A stretch of DNA of 64,000 bases from Tubulanus polymorphus (lineage: Eukaryota > Animalia > Nemertea), in contig NC_134027.1 in NCBI RefSeq assembly GCF_964204645.1, positions 22,034,560-22,098,559 on the forward strand, read 5' to 3'. The notes under the pieces were generated by a model. It was not told where the DNA came from, did no database searches, and saw only the letters and a program-made list of their open reading frames with translations. Of this stretch, positions 1-12,964 are shown one piece after another. How positions within the stretch are numbered: the first letter of the stretch is position 1; each line of letters begins with the position of its first letter. The position numbers and the translations under genes were made by a program.

Positions 1-512
1 GTACAAATTCAGATATCTGAATAGTTTCCATAATATTAGATCTATTTAAGGGAGTTTAAGTTCATTCAGTTTTCATGGAAATGTAGAAGAAATCGAACGC
101 AGAAGACAGAGTTACTAAAACTAGTGGACCTGCTGGATCCTCGCTTGCCACAGGAGGTCGCAGGTTAACCATTGCTCGAATGTACATAGCCATGTTCGCG
201 TAATTCTGCGCTTAGTAAACCCGCTTTAGTTCTTCATTCAGTGAACATGAACATGCAAATTCTTGTCAAATCACGTGTCGTTTAAATTAAAAGTACTTTT
301 GCGATTCTAATTGCGGGTCAATCAACAGCTGTGGTGAATGAACGACGTAAAATTGGGACGTAACACAACGGCGAATTTCGATTGAATAGATTAGAATTAA
401 GTTCTATCGGGTGACCTCATTAAAGTTCTGTTGACCTTAAACAGCTATCGGGAAAAACTTGATAATAATATATCTAGATTATCTTTTACAGATTGTCCTA
501 GGCCTATATATT

Positions 513-881
513 AGCTGCGTTCACACTAGGTGAACTAGTAGTTCCGTACTGATATACACGGCTTATAAGCGCGGAATGCGATTCCACGCCCAAAAGCCGA
601 TCTCAGTACGGCACTGAGCTGGCCACGTATTTTCTGTAGTGTGAACGCAGATTCGGCGCTTAGCTAGCCACGTATTCACATCCTCGTAGTACAAAACACT
701 GAACACTAATTACACTCCCCTCTATTGGCACACTGGGTGACTACTATACTGGGCTTACTAAGTGCCGAATTGCTGACTCGTAGTGTGAATGTAACTGGCT
801 GTATAAGTGCCGTATTTTGGTGAATTCGGCACCAGCGAAGTACAGGACTTCGTAAGCGCCGAATCTAGTGCGAACGCGGCT
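513..881. mobile_element. MITE, probably PIF/Harbinger-like
   Basis: TIR agctgcgttcacactag / ctagtgcgaacgcggct; att on both flanks. Confidence 0.7.
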
Positions 882-1385
882 ATTGAAATCGATAACGCGC
901 ATATCTTTATTTACATTCATTTCAGAAAGACGTGCACTTCAATATTCGTTCTGACCCTTATCTATGTTCATCGAACTGATCATGCATTTGTTGAAAATTA
1001 TTTCTTTAGACCTAGCTGCCAACTGTTCTCGTTACTATTTCGTGATAAGAAGTACCGATTTTATTTGTTTGATGCTTTATTTGTTTGATGCACCGTATAC
1101 AGAAATATGAATGATGTCACCGAGGGTCTTACTGTTGATTACTGATCTAATGAGAACATTTTCTTTCATATTTCGATGAAATGTTACTGATAAGAATTCA
1201 ATTCGTTACTGATAGCATTTTTCAGAGGTCAGAAGCCCGGTTTCGTTAATCAGTTCCCAAGGCAATAATAGCTGAGTGGGAGTAGCATTGAAAGGGTTAA
1301 TTCCGTTTCGAACGCTAAAAACTGGCGTAGATACGAATGAATTTTATTGTAACTAATCGTACGACGTTTTTAATGATTTTTATAG

Positions 1386-1606
1386 GACTCTGATACGATT
1401 CTCGTTTAAACACGTCGGCCGAGCGGTGCTGTTTTTGTGCGGTTTTTATCGGATAAAGACGCGCGGTCGTCTGGCGACCAGCGCCGAAGCGCCGATCCTC
1501 TGCGTCGCGCCGCATTCGTCGTTCGTCAACGCGTTCGCGTATCTCGCCTGCGGATTGCCGACGGGTATATCGCGCGTCGAAAATCGCGACCTACCGATAC
1601 TAGGAA
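1386..1606 (+). CDS. LPCAT2: LPCAT1/2-like acyltransferase, internal exon (first in window), contains motif I
   Basis: tatag acceptor; encodes TLIRFSFKHVGRAVLFLCGF...APILCVAPHSSFVNA...RVENRDLPILG; donor gtatga; phase fits the next exon. Confidence 0.9.
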
Positions 1607-2452
1607 GTATGATTTAATACTACTGATCTTTGCTTGTAGCCGTCTTACGCATTTTGGTGACGGTTCTAACTTCGGTGACGTTGTCCCGGCCCAGTTTCAT
1701 GGACATGGCCAGTTCTTCGATGTTTTTTTTTTTCACGAAACAGTATTTGAAATTTTGGAATCAATTCGTTATTTTCTGAAGCGGTAATAAAATCTGTCCT
1801 ATTAAACTGGGGCCCTAGGTATGTTCTTTAGGTCCAGGTTCGAGATTAGGAAATGGGTCATACAATCGTAAAGTTGTTGTGAAAGTTGCCAGTGCAGTAG
1901 ATTCCCGAAGCAGGGCATGCAGCAAGGAATGAACACGAAACCTGTAAGTGTTTATGGGTTTCGCTACTTCACTTTGCCCGCTATGGCACACTGATTAAAA
2001 CAAGAAACACTGAAGCAAACCTAGCCATGTATGGATTGTATCACGTGGTATCAAAATGGGAATGATTTTGATCAGTCTCGTGATTTGCTTGTTTTTACTG
2101 ACTAGTTATTGTGTATCTGTGTTTAACTACTCCGATCGTCGCAAACGCATCAATCGAAACAAGTGTTCCAAGAAACGTACGGGCTGGTTACGCAGTGCGA
2201 AACAATATTGTGCTAAACAATGTTTTAGAGCTGTAAGCGCTGTCGTGAAACAGTGTTTCAGTAAACTATGTTTACGAGCAATGAGCACAGCCATGAAACT
2301 AGCCAGAAAAACATCTCCGTTTCCTGTTATGCGTTTATGCCCACGCTAGGCCTAACCCGTTTGCAGCCAGTCGCGATAGAACCTCGATTGCGCTGGTGTC
2401 CGAAAGTCATAATTCGACTAAGAATTTGAATTTTATAAAAAAGAGCCTTTAC

Positions 2453-2811
2453 CAGGGATGAAAATCTTGCGACCATAGACGGTCATTTCTGACTTTTTCT
2501 AACATTTTCTTTATTCCTGAGAACAGTGTTAATCACCTAAATCGCGGGCGTCACATCAGAGCGCTCTGTAGTTAGGAGTGCTCCTTAAGACAGTTTTCGG
2601 CAGTTGTTAGCACAACTGTGGAGTCGGAGAAACCAATATGGCGTCTCATTCAAAAAGCGGCTCTAATTCAGGCCCAAACTATTAACATTTTGACCAAAAG
2701 GAAGTAAGTTTTTTGGCTAAAAGTTACTGATTTTTGTTCCCTCCCCCCCCCAATTTTTTTTTTTTGGAAAATATTTTCCAACTTGTTCAATATGGGCCGT
2801 TTTCATCCCTG
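2453..2811. mobile_element. MITE with CAGGG termini (hAT-like)
   Basis: TIR cagggatgaaaa / ttttcatccctg. Confidence 0.6.
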
Positions 2812-3659
2812 CTATACCGTAGTTTTTCGATTGGTGCGTTTTAATTGATCAGAGTTATACAGAGTTGCCTATGCGCTGTTTTAGAATGAATCGTTCGAAC
2901 TGACACAGCATGTCGAAGGCTATATATATGTGCATTTAATGAATTTTAAAACGGCTACAGGCAATTATCACATGTTCGCTTCGTAAATCAATTGTAGGGA
3001 TCGGATTCCGCGGCTGTGACTCTTGTGTCGAGAGTTCAATGGAAGCGATCGAACTGATTCAGTTTCAGAAGTTCATGTTGCTCTACCTATTACGCGTAAG
3101 GTTTTATGGGTGTGGATAAACCTCGCATTTCCAAGCGGCCATAGTTACAGTAAGAAACCGCGATTGAAATGTATACTCGGTCGATAAAATCGGGGTGCTC
3201 CGGCTGGTGAAAATGGCTTCTCTTGTGTCGTACGTGTTCGGTCCGAAGTTCGCATCCGTTTTCTACACCTGGAAAAGGCGTAGTTAGATGAGGAGAAAAG
3301 ATGTTTAATGACGGTTTATGGATTTTTAGTGCATGTTTTGGAATCGGTTGGTGTACGGCGACATCGATATTTTGTCCTTGTGATCGATTGACTAACTTGA
3401 ATGTATGAAAATACTAAATTTCAGTGTGCTGCGCAAAATAATAGAATACAACTTAGAAATCTCTCTGCTGTGTTTCGTCGCTTGACAACGATATCGGAAT
3501 GTTATATGCCAAAATTGGTTTTGTCTAAATCGGGCTCTTTTTGTAAAGCCGAAGAACTCCCATGGTTAGAAATGAACGTGAAACAGTAACGCCGCTACTT
3601 TAGTGACTGTACGCAGTGCGCTATGAACCCTAGTGCCGGCTGATTGGAAGTTCATACCC

Positions 3660-3793
3660 CTGGGGCCAGTTACTCAAACGTTGGTCGAAGATAACCGGTA
3701 GATAATACCGTAGTAACAATGAAATTCTAATTGTCACTAAATGTCAACTATCCACCGGTTAGCTTAAACCAACTATTGAGCAACTGGCCCCAG
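3660..3793. mobile_element. Short hairpin MITE; related copy at 7431-7778
   Basis: TIR ctggggccagttactcaa / ttgagcaactggccccag. Confidence 0.7.
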
Positions 3794-3974
3794 AGTGTCG
3801 CAGATTTTCCAGTAACATAGCGGAATACATAGTGAAAACTTGAATAACGACGTATGCTTTTGGGTGTGAAGTTAAACGTACATCGATTATTAAGCTCAGT
3901 CGACAACAATGACAAGATATCATTTGCACTAGTTAGAGGGCTTGTGATGCCTCAAGTGCGCAATGCAATATTGT

Positions 3975-4330
3975 GGCAATAATGTGACTGGCTACATGGG
4001 CAACGTGACCATGGCACTATTGGCAAGTTCCAATAATGCATCTTTGGCGCTGTATGGGCAAGTAGCAATGCGACTATGGTACTGTATGGGCAAGTCACAA
4101 TGCAACTATGGCACTATATAGGCAAGTTGCAACAATGCAACTATGGGCACTATGGCCAAGTTGCGGTAATACATTTCTGGCACTGTATGGGCAACTTGCA
4201 ATGTGACTGACACTGTAGGCAAGTTCCAATAATGTAACTATGGCACTCTATGGGCAAGTCGCCAGTTGCAATATGACTTGTGGCACTGTATGGCCAACTC
4301 CTAATGATGTTGTTACTGTGGCACTTATAG
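3975..4330. repeat. Degenerate minisatellite, unit about 33 bp
   Basis: Recurring ggcactgtatgggcaagt...aatgc/gactat units. Confidence 0.8.
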
Positions 4331-4599
4331 GGTTCAAAACTAACTTGTTTGGTCGCTGTGTGCAATGGTCAGCGTAGCTAAACAATACATGCGAATATGC
4401 AGTAACCGACCAATCAGCGGAAATGATCATGGGCCATTTTGTTATCGCGCGATATAATACTAGTTTCCTACTTGAAAGTGGTGCTGTGGCCTTCTAGAGT
4501 TTGTAAGTCAAAATTTGACTGTGTGTTGATCTTGAATAAAACTGTTAGGCCTAACTAACAAGTGCCGAACTTGTTACGTTGAATAAAGATTAGTTACAA

Positions 4600-5270
4600 T
4601 TGATGACCTTTCCATTCTCGGTGGCTTCAAATCTTCAGGAGAATTTTGTTATAAGTTACTTATGACGACCTCATTCGTCTCAGCAAGATTATGATTTAGT
4701 TGCTAATGATGACTTCATTCTTTGTGACTTCACAATATCAGTAGAATTATGATCGGTGATACAAAAATTCATTAAAATTACGATGAGTTAGTATTGATGG
4801 CTTTCTCATTCTAAAATTCTAAAATGACTTCAAAACATCAGTAAAATTATAATTAGTTGGTAATGATGAATTACTTATTCTCAGTGACTCCAAAACATCA
4901 GTAAAATTCTAGTTGGTAATGATGACTTCTTATCCTCATTGACTTCAAAACATCAGTAAATTGCTATTATAATTGATTGGTAAATGATAACTCTTATTCT
5001 CAGTGACTTCAAAACATCAGTGAATTGCTTATTATAATTGATTGGTAAATGATAACTCTTATTCTCAGTGACTTCAAAACATCAGTGAATTGCTTATTAT
5101 AATTGATTGGTAAATGATAACTCTATTCTCAGTGACTCCAAAACATCAGTAAATTGCTTAAATCATAATTGATTGGTAATGATAACTATAATTCTCGGTG
5201 ACTTCGAAACAATATCGTTAAAACATCAGTAAAATTATGATTATGAATCGTTAGTATTGATGACTTTTTC
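4600..5270. repeat. Minisatellite, unit about 55-65 bp
   Basis: Recurring ttattctcagtgacttcaaaacatcagtaaatt; 65-bp period at 4985/5050. Confidence 0.85.
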
Positions 5271-7526
5271 ATTCGCAGCTACTTAAAAACTTCGGTAAAT
5301 CGCTTAATTTAGTTACGAATGCTCGTCGTGTAATTCTATTCGCGGAACCGATTCCTAGAAAGAAATAAAACTCTGAATTGATAATACGGTATGTAGACAG
5401 GCTATGTACAGCGAACGTCGATAACGAGTTCGTACCCGGAACTAAAAACCAGTTTATCACGCCGGCTTCTAGTAAAAATGTAGATATTCCTAGGCACACT
5501 GGCTAATACGCGATTTCTATGTCGCCCGTAACATTATTAGTGTGCGTAGTGTATATTTCTATATAATGACAAAAGCGCCTGATATCGCGCTAGGCGCTTG
5601 AACCTGTATACTGTCGCAACTTGTCGAAAATGAATTTCTTTTTATACCGGTTACGCCCGAAAACATATGGAGTTTCATCGAGATTGAATGAAATTGATAC
5701 TCATAATTGAAAGATTTTTTTGTTGTTGAATTATCGAGTAACCGCGATATATTTTTGTTTTGACATGCGAAATATAATTAGTGTTTGTTCGATTGTATTT
5801 AATGAATTAGATTGATACCTGGGTTACAACTTAACTAGTAATGTTTATAGGTTACTGTCGAATCATTAAGTAACTGAGTTGAATAGATTTTTTTCAAAGA
5901 CGCGAAATAGAAACTTTTGAAAGAATTTGTACCCTGGTTGGCCTACATTTCTTCTACCTGTTAAGGCTATCCAATAAAGAAGTTTCCAGTTTCTAGGCGC
6001 CAATTTGTGGCGGTCCCTCGAGGTCCCAATTGTTGCGATAATTTGCGCTCATTTTTAAAACATAAGTTTAGATTGAATATCATAAAGTTCTGCAATCCCT
6101 TGCTCGACGAACTTAACTTATACAGCAATCTAAAGGAAATTAAATGCAGATATTTGCTGGCGATTCTTGGAATTTTTGAACGCAACAATTTAGAACAGTG
6201 ACAATGTGAAACCAAGGACCGCATATCTAAACCTCGCGTAAAAGAAATCGCAAATGCCAGCCCTAGGACTGTCAACATTTTGGCGGTATAACGAATGTGG
6301 CTGTTTAACGAAATGGCGATAGTGAGACATAGTATACAAGACATGACTATTGATCAAATACAGAATCGAGGTGGATTAATCTTGATTTAGGAAGCATAAA
6401 GGTCTTAGCGCATTTCATTTAGATAATAGAAATGAATTGACAGTGATGCGTGATACTGCCGACCATATGTATCGATTCTTAACATAACAGATGGGTGAAA
6501 TCTCGTCGACGAAAGATCGTTGGCAGTGCAACTACTATTTTCTCTATGAGTTCGAATAGGGCCGTTCTGGGATTTCGTTGGGGTTCTGGTGGAGGGTGAG
6601 AGGTGGTTTAACGAGAGCTATTTACGTATTTGAAATGAACTGTGCACAAGGAAATTCTTGGCAATAGGTGAATTTGGCGGTATGACAAGCGTTGACTGTA
6701 GTTGCAATATTGTGGGTACGCAAATTATGGATTGGGATTAGGATTTTGTTTACATTCCAACCATTTCTAAGGTACACGGAGGGAGACTATAAGATATACA
6801 ATATGGTTACCCATCTGATGCTGCCCTCTAGTGGTAATTGAATCTTCATCATAATCTTAAGATGCCGGCGTTGTCCCCATAACTGTATGTGAAGGTGTGT
6901 GCATGTGTTGGTGTGTGTATGTTGGATATCAGTTTCATGAAGATTTCTTCTTAAAAGAAATAAACCTCTTACGAAATTAAGAGCATTTAGCGCTCGTTTT
7001 ATAGACTTGAGTTTTAGTAATAAACTTTCGGCGTTTGTTTAGAAATTCAGGCGAACTGCTTTTGTAAGAAACAAATGCGAGAACTGATATGATGTGGTCG
7101 GAACTACGAAATTGAGACCGGGTCCTGAGGCCCATTAAAGTCCAAGTGGTCTTGAGTCCTCAGACTGATATCCATGCATATCTATTGAACTGACCCGAGC
7201 AAAATTTGGCCCGCGCTGAGCGAAGTGAGTCATTTCCAGAACCAGTTTCAACAATTTGACCTGTGCTGAAATTTTGCCCAGGTCTGGTCCAACATTTTTG
7301 GATGGGTTCACCGGGCACAAGCTCATTTGGCACCCGTGTGAACAGTTGTTCCGGGCCTTGTATGCTCGTGTGATCGAAGGTTGCTGTCCAAATTAAGTGG
7401 TTTCACTAATACCAAGTCTATAAAACAGCAGGGGCCAGTTGCTCAAAAGTTTGATAGAGTTAACCGGTGAATAGTTGACGTAGTGTCAATTTCATCATTA
7501 CGATGGTAACTATCCACTGGTTAAAT

Positions 7527-7735
7527 AAATGAAGAAATCCCACACTTCGAATTTAAAATTATACGATCAAATTTATCATTATGAAACCGCAACGTTTCAT
7601 GGCTGTTAGTAAACAGCCGAAACGTTGTGGTTTCATAATAATAAATTTGATCGTATAGGCCTAATTTTAAATTCGAAGTGTGGGATTTCTTCATTTATCT
7701 ACAGTATACACAGATTATAGTGTTTACTCGACAAC
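7527..7735. mobile_element. Penelope-like inverted-repeat insertion, family A, nested in a MITE
   Basis: Fold-back 7527-7696 with about 70-bp arms and gaaacgtt near the centre; flanking duplication actatccac(t/a)ggtta; same family as 13944-14207. Confidence 0.7.
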
Positions 7736-7857
7736 TATCCACAGGTTATCTTAACCCAACTTTTGAGCAACCGGCGCCATCGGAAAACCGTATAGTCGCG
7801 GCTTAAATTCAAGCCCGGTTCAGCCGTCGATGAATGTTCGCTTAAATTTACTTACAG

Positions 7858-8031
7858 ATTTGATTCGTACGACGCAGCCGGTCTACGTTTCGAGAGACAA
7901 TCAAGGCTCGCGCATCGATACGATCGAAGAGATCAAACGCAGAGCCGTGTCCGGCGGGGCCTGGTCTCAGGTCATGATATTCCCGGAGGGAACTTGCACG
8001 AACCGATCGTGTTTGATCACGTTTAAACCAG
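7858..8031 (+). CDS. LPCAT2: LPCAT exon with motif III (FPEGTCTN)
   Basis: cttacag acceptor; LIRTTQPVYVSR...QVMIFPEGTCTNRSCLITFKP; donor gttcgt; 174 nt. Confidence 0.95.
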
Positions 8032-8169
8032 GTTCGTACTCGGGGTCGGGTTCGATTGGATATGTCGGCGGCAGGGGCCGCATCGATGTGAAAAATGGCG
8101 ATGAATTTCGAAAATCATTTTGAAAAATCTTTATGAAAATGTGAAAATTCAACTGATATAAGTGACTTG

Positions 8170-8644
8170 CTAACCTTTCCAGCGCTGACTAATTGATACT
8201 TAAGTGCTGGAGATGATTTGAAAGTATTAAAAAATTCTACCCCAGTGTGACATATTATGGGCATACGGTGCATCTACACTTCGGTGCAGTGTATCGTTAG
8301 TTACTATATCACTGTTTGACCAGTGCTGTTTTTTTTAACACCCTCAACCCGCTAAGCGCCACACAGGGCATTATAAGCGCGTTCGATGTTTCTTTTTCCC
8401 AATGGGGGAGAGACCAGAGAAGAACCTTCGACCAAGAAACTCTGTCGCCACCAGGGTTTGAACCCATAGACCCTGGATTGACGAGACCAGCGACCGGTGG
8501 CTTCACCCACTCAGCCACAGCGCCACTCTGTGCTGTCATCTTTCAATGGAGATAAAAACGAATTACTAATAACATTGATACGCCGCAGTGTGGTGTACTA
8601 GCTAAGTCGATCACTGCGGTGTAGATGCACTCAAAGGGGGTTAG
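8170..8644. mobile_element. piggyBac-like MITE (diverged) interrupted by a SINE
   Basis: Homologous to 9995-10282 and 19936-20231. Confidence 0.75.
8330..8529 (-). mobile_element. tRNA-derived SINE with poly(A) tail
   Basis: Minus-strand A box tggctgagtgg, B box ggttcaaacc, A-rich tail, TSD gtgctgt. Confidence 0.8.
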
Positions 8645-9570
8645 AATATTTTGATCCCCTTAAACCATGTACCATGTACCATGGACCTCAGAATGAGTGT
8701 GCATGTATTCACAAGCTGCGTTAAAGATTAAGAAATTTCATTTCAATCAGTCCAGATTGCGATCGACAATCGCTAATGTTATTGCACCTCGACATGAAAA
8801 AAATGTGAAAAATCTGGAAAACTTATGTTAGAGGAACGTGAAAAATTCTAGTAAATTTTGTTATGGGAAAGAAGTGAAAAAAGTCATTTGCAAAAAAATG
8901 GCTAAAGAGATTATACCTCGTTTCTTCTAATTGGTCGGTCCATTTTGTAAACAGCAATATAATGCTATGTAACTGCTAGGTGTGGTAAGCTTGATCATGA
9001 TTTTTAAAAAAGTTATCTTTATGGTGGATGTACGGTCGGCCGGGTCAACTTTAAAGCTCAGAAATGAGAAACGAGTTGTCGATTTTTTTAGCCCGAGGAT
9101 TACGAAAAAAAAAATTCGAAAATTCCAGAGTTCATCAATTGAACTCGTGTGTCAGTTCATATCCCGCGTGAAAAATGGTTATTGGACGCGGAGAGTGTAT
9201 TCTATCGTTTTTCGCAGTCATCGCCCGCAGCATATCCACCCAGTATCGGCGGGTATAAATCCGCGAAGAATTCCGGCGTGCTTTTCGCTTTCGTGCGTCG
9301 ACGCAAACGCAACGAGAGAAACTTTTTATGAGAAAGAAAGAAGTTGTCATCATCAAAACCAATTTGTTAACATACCCATCACCGCACGCACGTCCGAGTA
9401 CCTCGGTTTCTATGGTTACCGTCGCGTAATCGGAAGGTGATGGTTGTTCTTTTTCGGCGGATGGTTTAACGTTCTAGGTCACGAGTAGTTGAAAACCCAC
9501 TCACGAACTTTATAGTGATTGAAGTACATCTCCATATTTGTATTCCGTCGATACGGTATCTATCTATCAG

Positions 9571-9900
9571 AGCGAGCATTGTGTGGGTTAGAGTTGTTAG
9601 AGCGTTCGACCGTGGGAAGCCAGGTCGTGGGTTCGAACCCCCCCCCCCCCCGTACATTACGATAATGTCCTCGGGCAAGACACTTCTCCTCATCGCCTCT
9701 TTCCCCCCTGGGAGTAAATGGGTACCTGACCTGATAGATGACTCCTGAGCGCTTAGTAGTTGCTCGAATGTTACTTCAGGGAGAGATGACTGATGCATGA
9801 TGAGTTATAAGCTGGGGGTAATAATACCAAATTTGGAGCCCATTTGAACAGACTCTTGTTTGGATACCTGCGCTATATCAATGACAATTATCATTATTAT
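9571..9900 (+). mobile_element. tRNA-derived SINE with (ATT)n tail; 5'-truncated copy at 16743-16948
   Basis: B box ggttcgaacc; central tcgggcaagacactt...gtaaatgggtacctg; tail shared with the second copy. Confidence 0.75.
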
Positions 9901-9994
9901 CTGTCCTCAGTACCACGAAATCGGGACAAACTTGGGAATTTTGAAATGATATTCCCAGCACCTCTCTCTTTAAAATAGTAGCGCGATAGGTTGT

Positions 9995-10282
9995 TTAACC
10001 CTTTCAGTGCTGACTAATTAATACCCTATAGTGCTGGAGATAATTTGAAAATTCTAAAAAATTCCACCCTAGTGTGTTGAACAACGGAATACCACTATAG
10101 TGGGTCTACACCGCGGTGCAGTGTATCGTAACTAGCTGATATTTCTCTATGTTTGACATGTGCTGCCATCTTTCAATAGAGATAAATACTAATTACATCA
10201 ATATACCGCAGTGCGGTGTACTAGCAAAATGTATCACCGATTCATACGCCGCAATGCGGTGTAGACGCGCTGAAAAGGTTAA
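9995..10282. mobile_element. piggyBac-like MITE
   Basis: TTAA at both ends; TIR ccctttcagtgc / gcgctgaaaagg. Confidence 0.85.
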
Positions 10283-10487
10283 GTTTTTCTTGTTTCGCTC
10301 TATGGGTCGGTGAACTGAACATCGAAACGCGTAATCGCGAAATCTAATTCGCGTTTCGAGTTTTTTTTTTTTTTTTTTTCATATATCGAGCCTGAGACGC
10401 ACGGCTTTATAAAACGAACGGATCGAAAACCGGTTTTGAATACCGAAACAGTAATAATCGATGTCTATTTTTAAACTATTATTTTAG

Positions 10488-10546
10488 GAGCTTTCATCCC
10501 AGGTGTGCCGGTTCAACCAGTCTGCATTAGATATCCGAATAAAGTG
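10488..10546 (+). CDS. LPCAT2: LPCAT exon (motif IV)
   Basis: ttttag acceptor; GAFIPGVPVQPVCIRYPNKV; donor gtaagt; 59 nt. Confidence 0.95.
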
Positions 10547-12495
10547 GTAAGTTAGTATCAGCACACGCACGCGTGTGTAACTATCCCGATCAATCGATTC
10601 GAATTTCATGTTGTCGTACACGGTGCGAATATGATAAACAGATCCGATGAAATGAGATAACTATTGACCAGATCGTGTGTTGAAGTCGGGTTCACGAGGT
10701 CGATACATTAATCATTCTGAGATGATTTCAATAATGATTGGTATTTACAGAATCCCCCAATGAACTAATATTAACGCCACGGCGAAGTAAGTTTCCCCCC
10801 CCCCACCCAAACTTGTGTTTATAAGATTTTGACCTTAGAGTAGGGATTGACCCTGTTATTTATTTGATTGGTAGATTTCCTTCGATTTGGAGTCCCTTAC
10901 AAACCCACCAGACCTGCAGGGACTGAAGCGAGGGGGAGGTGTGTTCGGTTTTAAAATCAGATATCGAATTACAGATGTATAGATATAGAGTTGTGTGCTG
11001 CCCATCACCTAGTCCGTTTGCTATGACTTCTTCATGATTTCATCCGATTTGAGTCGAAAGACATTTTTGCGACCTTTCTCCCCGACCTAGTTGAACCAAA
11101 AAACCAACCTTATCAGTATAGAATTAGTTTATCATTCCGACCCTGATGATATCAGTTTTAAACTATTGTCTTAGTATGTTATCAATGTATTTTTGGCCTT
11201 TGATAGAGACTTTTAAATACTTTTTAAGTTGTGCAAAATGTATCGCCTGGTTTCTCAGACTATCAATCGTTCGGATATATTTTACCGTCAAATATTTGTA
11301 TGACCTGACTTTCGAAATCAAACTCCTGATAAGTTATTTAAAACAAAGACAAATAAGAATTTATCAAAAAATCTGAATTTTCAGTTTTAAACTGAAAACT
11401 ATTTTCAAGGAATGACAATTAATATTGTTTTGTCTCAAACCGATCGATTTGGATTTTTAATGAATAAAATGGTCAACGTTTTGAATGATTTTTTGGCCAT
11501 TTGATTGCGGGTTTGAGAATAATTATGATCGCTTTCAAAATGATCGGAAAATTATCACGTGACTAAGCGAAATCGCAGCCATTTTGATGTTTTGTAATTG
11601 TCAGCGACATTGTTGTGAACCAAACTTCAAAACGCGGAAACATAAGAAATTTTTTTGTATCAATTGCGCCGTGCTTTGCTTCAGAAAATCAATTGAAATA
11701 TAGAACACGAAATTTTTATGGCCTTAAGGCTTGATATATAATACCGTATTGTTATTTGATATTACATTAATTCTGCCCTTAGTCGGTCGGAATTACCGGC
11801 TTTCAAATGTATTAACGATAAAACACGTAGATTCTTTCTGACTAATGTTCTGTAATTTTTTTTTACATATATGAGTTAGAAAATCAGGAAATAAGTGTTT
11901 ATTAGGAATGTTGAAAATATGTCGAGTATTCATTCATTGAATATCTCCCTGTTGTAGCAGAATAAAGCAAGAATTCACGCAACCTCCGGCATTATTCATA
12001 CTCATTTCGCAACAGTTTCTACTTCTAGGTATCTGTGCAAAAAGATGGAATAATTTTTAATAAGGGGGAATTTTTTAGGGAAAATGGTTTTGCCTTCCAG
12101 GGGCGGATATAGGACATTAGTGGGACTGGGGTCCATCCAGTAGAAACTACAAGCAGGGTCCCACCCTTGGTATTAGATATTTTAGAAGAAAAACGTCTGA
12201 AAATATGCTATTTCTGAAAGGATGTGTGTCAAATTTGCAGGTTTTAATGACCTTTGATTTGACAAAAAGGGCAACCTCAGTGGGAAGGCAGGGGTCCGGA
12301 CCCCCGAAATCCACCCCTGAAAACATAAAAAAACTCAAGCCGCAACCCGTGATCAAAACGCGTGAACCCTAGATTGTCTAGTGAGACCAGTACGCGGCTC
12401 CCACTGAAAATTCTAAAATGCCCTCATTTGACGTGTTGCGTATGATTCGAATTGTTTTTCGAATTTAATATTTCATTCGCTTCGTTTCATTCCAG

Positions 12496-12530
12496 GACAC
12501 GGTTACATGGACGTGGGATGGCCCAGCCGC
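12496..12530 (+). CDS. LPCAT2: LPCAT 35-nt exon
   Basis: ttccag acceptor; DTVTWTWDGPA (LPCAT-typical); donor gtaagt. Confidence 0.93.
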
Positions 12531-12909
12531 GTAAGTATCAAACTGTATATAGATCTTGTCGGTGTAATAAAAGTTTTTCCGATTCCGAGTGCTTGCCTTG
12601 TCGACGATACAAGTGAGCCCTCCGGTCAGGATCGCCCGGTCATTAGGAAAAATTATACCATCGAGTCGTCCTGAATATGATTGAACTATTTGAGTAATAG
12701 CTTCTACTCTTTTTTAAGAACCTGACCACTCCCAAAAATGTCAAATATCAAAATATTTTCAAAATCAGAATAATTTCTATTTCATTTTTATATCAGCTAC
12801 AATTTTTGATATTAGTTTAGCGTCACTTTTTGGGAGAACTACTACAAATAGAGATTGGGTATTCTGGTCTGCAACAACAGTAAAATGTAATTTTCTCGTT
12901 TTTTTTCAG

Positions 12910-12964
12910 CGCGATGATTTTCTGGATAACTTTGTGTCAGTTGCACAACAAAATGGAGGTCGAG
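12910..12964 (+). CDS. LPCAT2: LPCAT exon
   Basis: ttttcag acceptor; AMIFWITLCQLHNKMEVE; donor gtacgt; 55 nt, phases consistent. Confidence 0.92.

Noticed and set aside
3975-5270. CRISPR-like arrays (also 31824-32157 and 63056-63262)
   Set aside because: Head-to-tail degenerate units without unique spacers; eukaryotic context; no cas genes.
8982-9798. ORFs of 60-152 aa in the LPCAT intron
   Set aside because: Overlap SINE or other repeat sequence; no splice-consistent frame or known domain.
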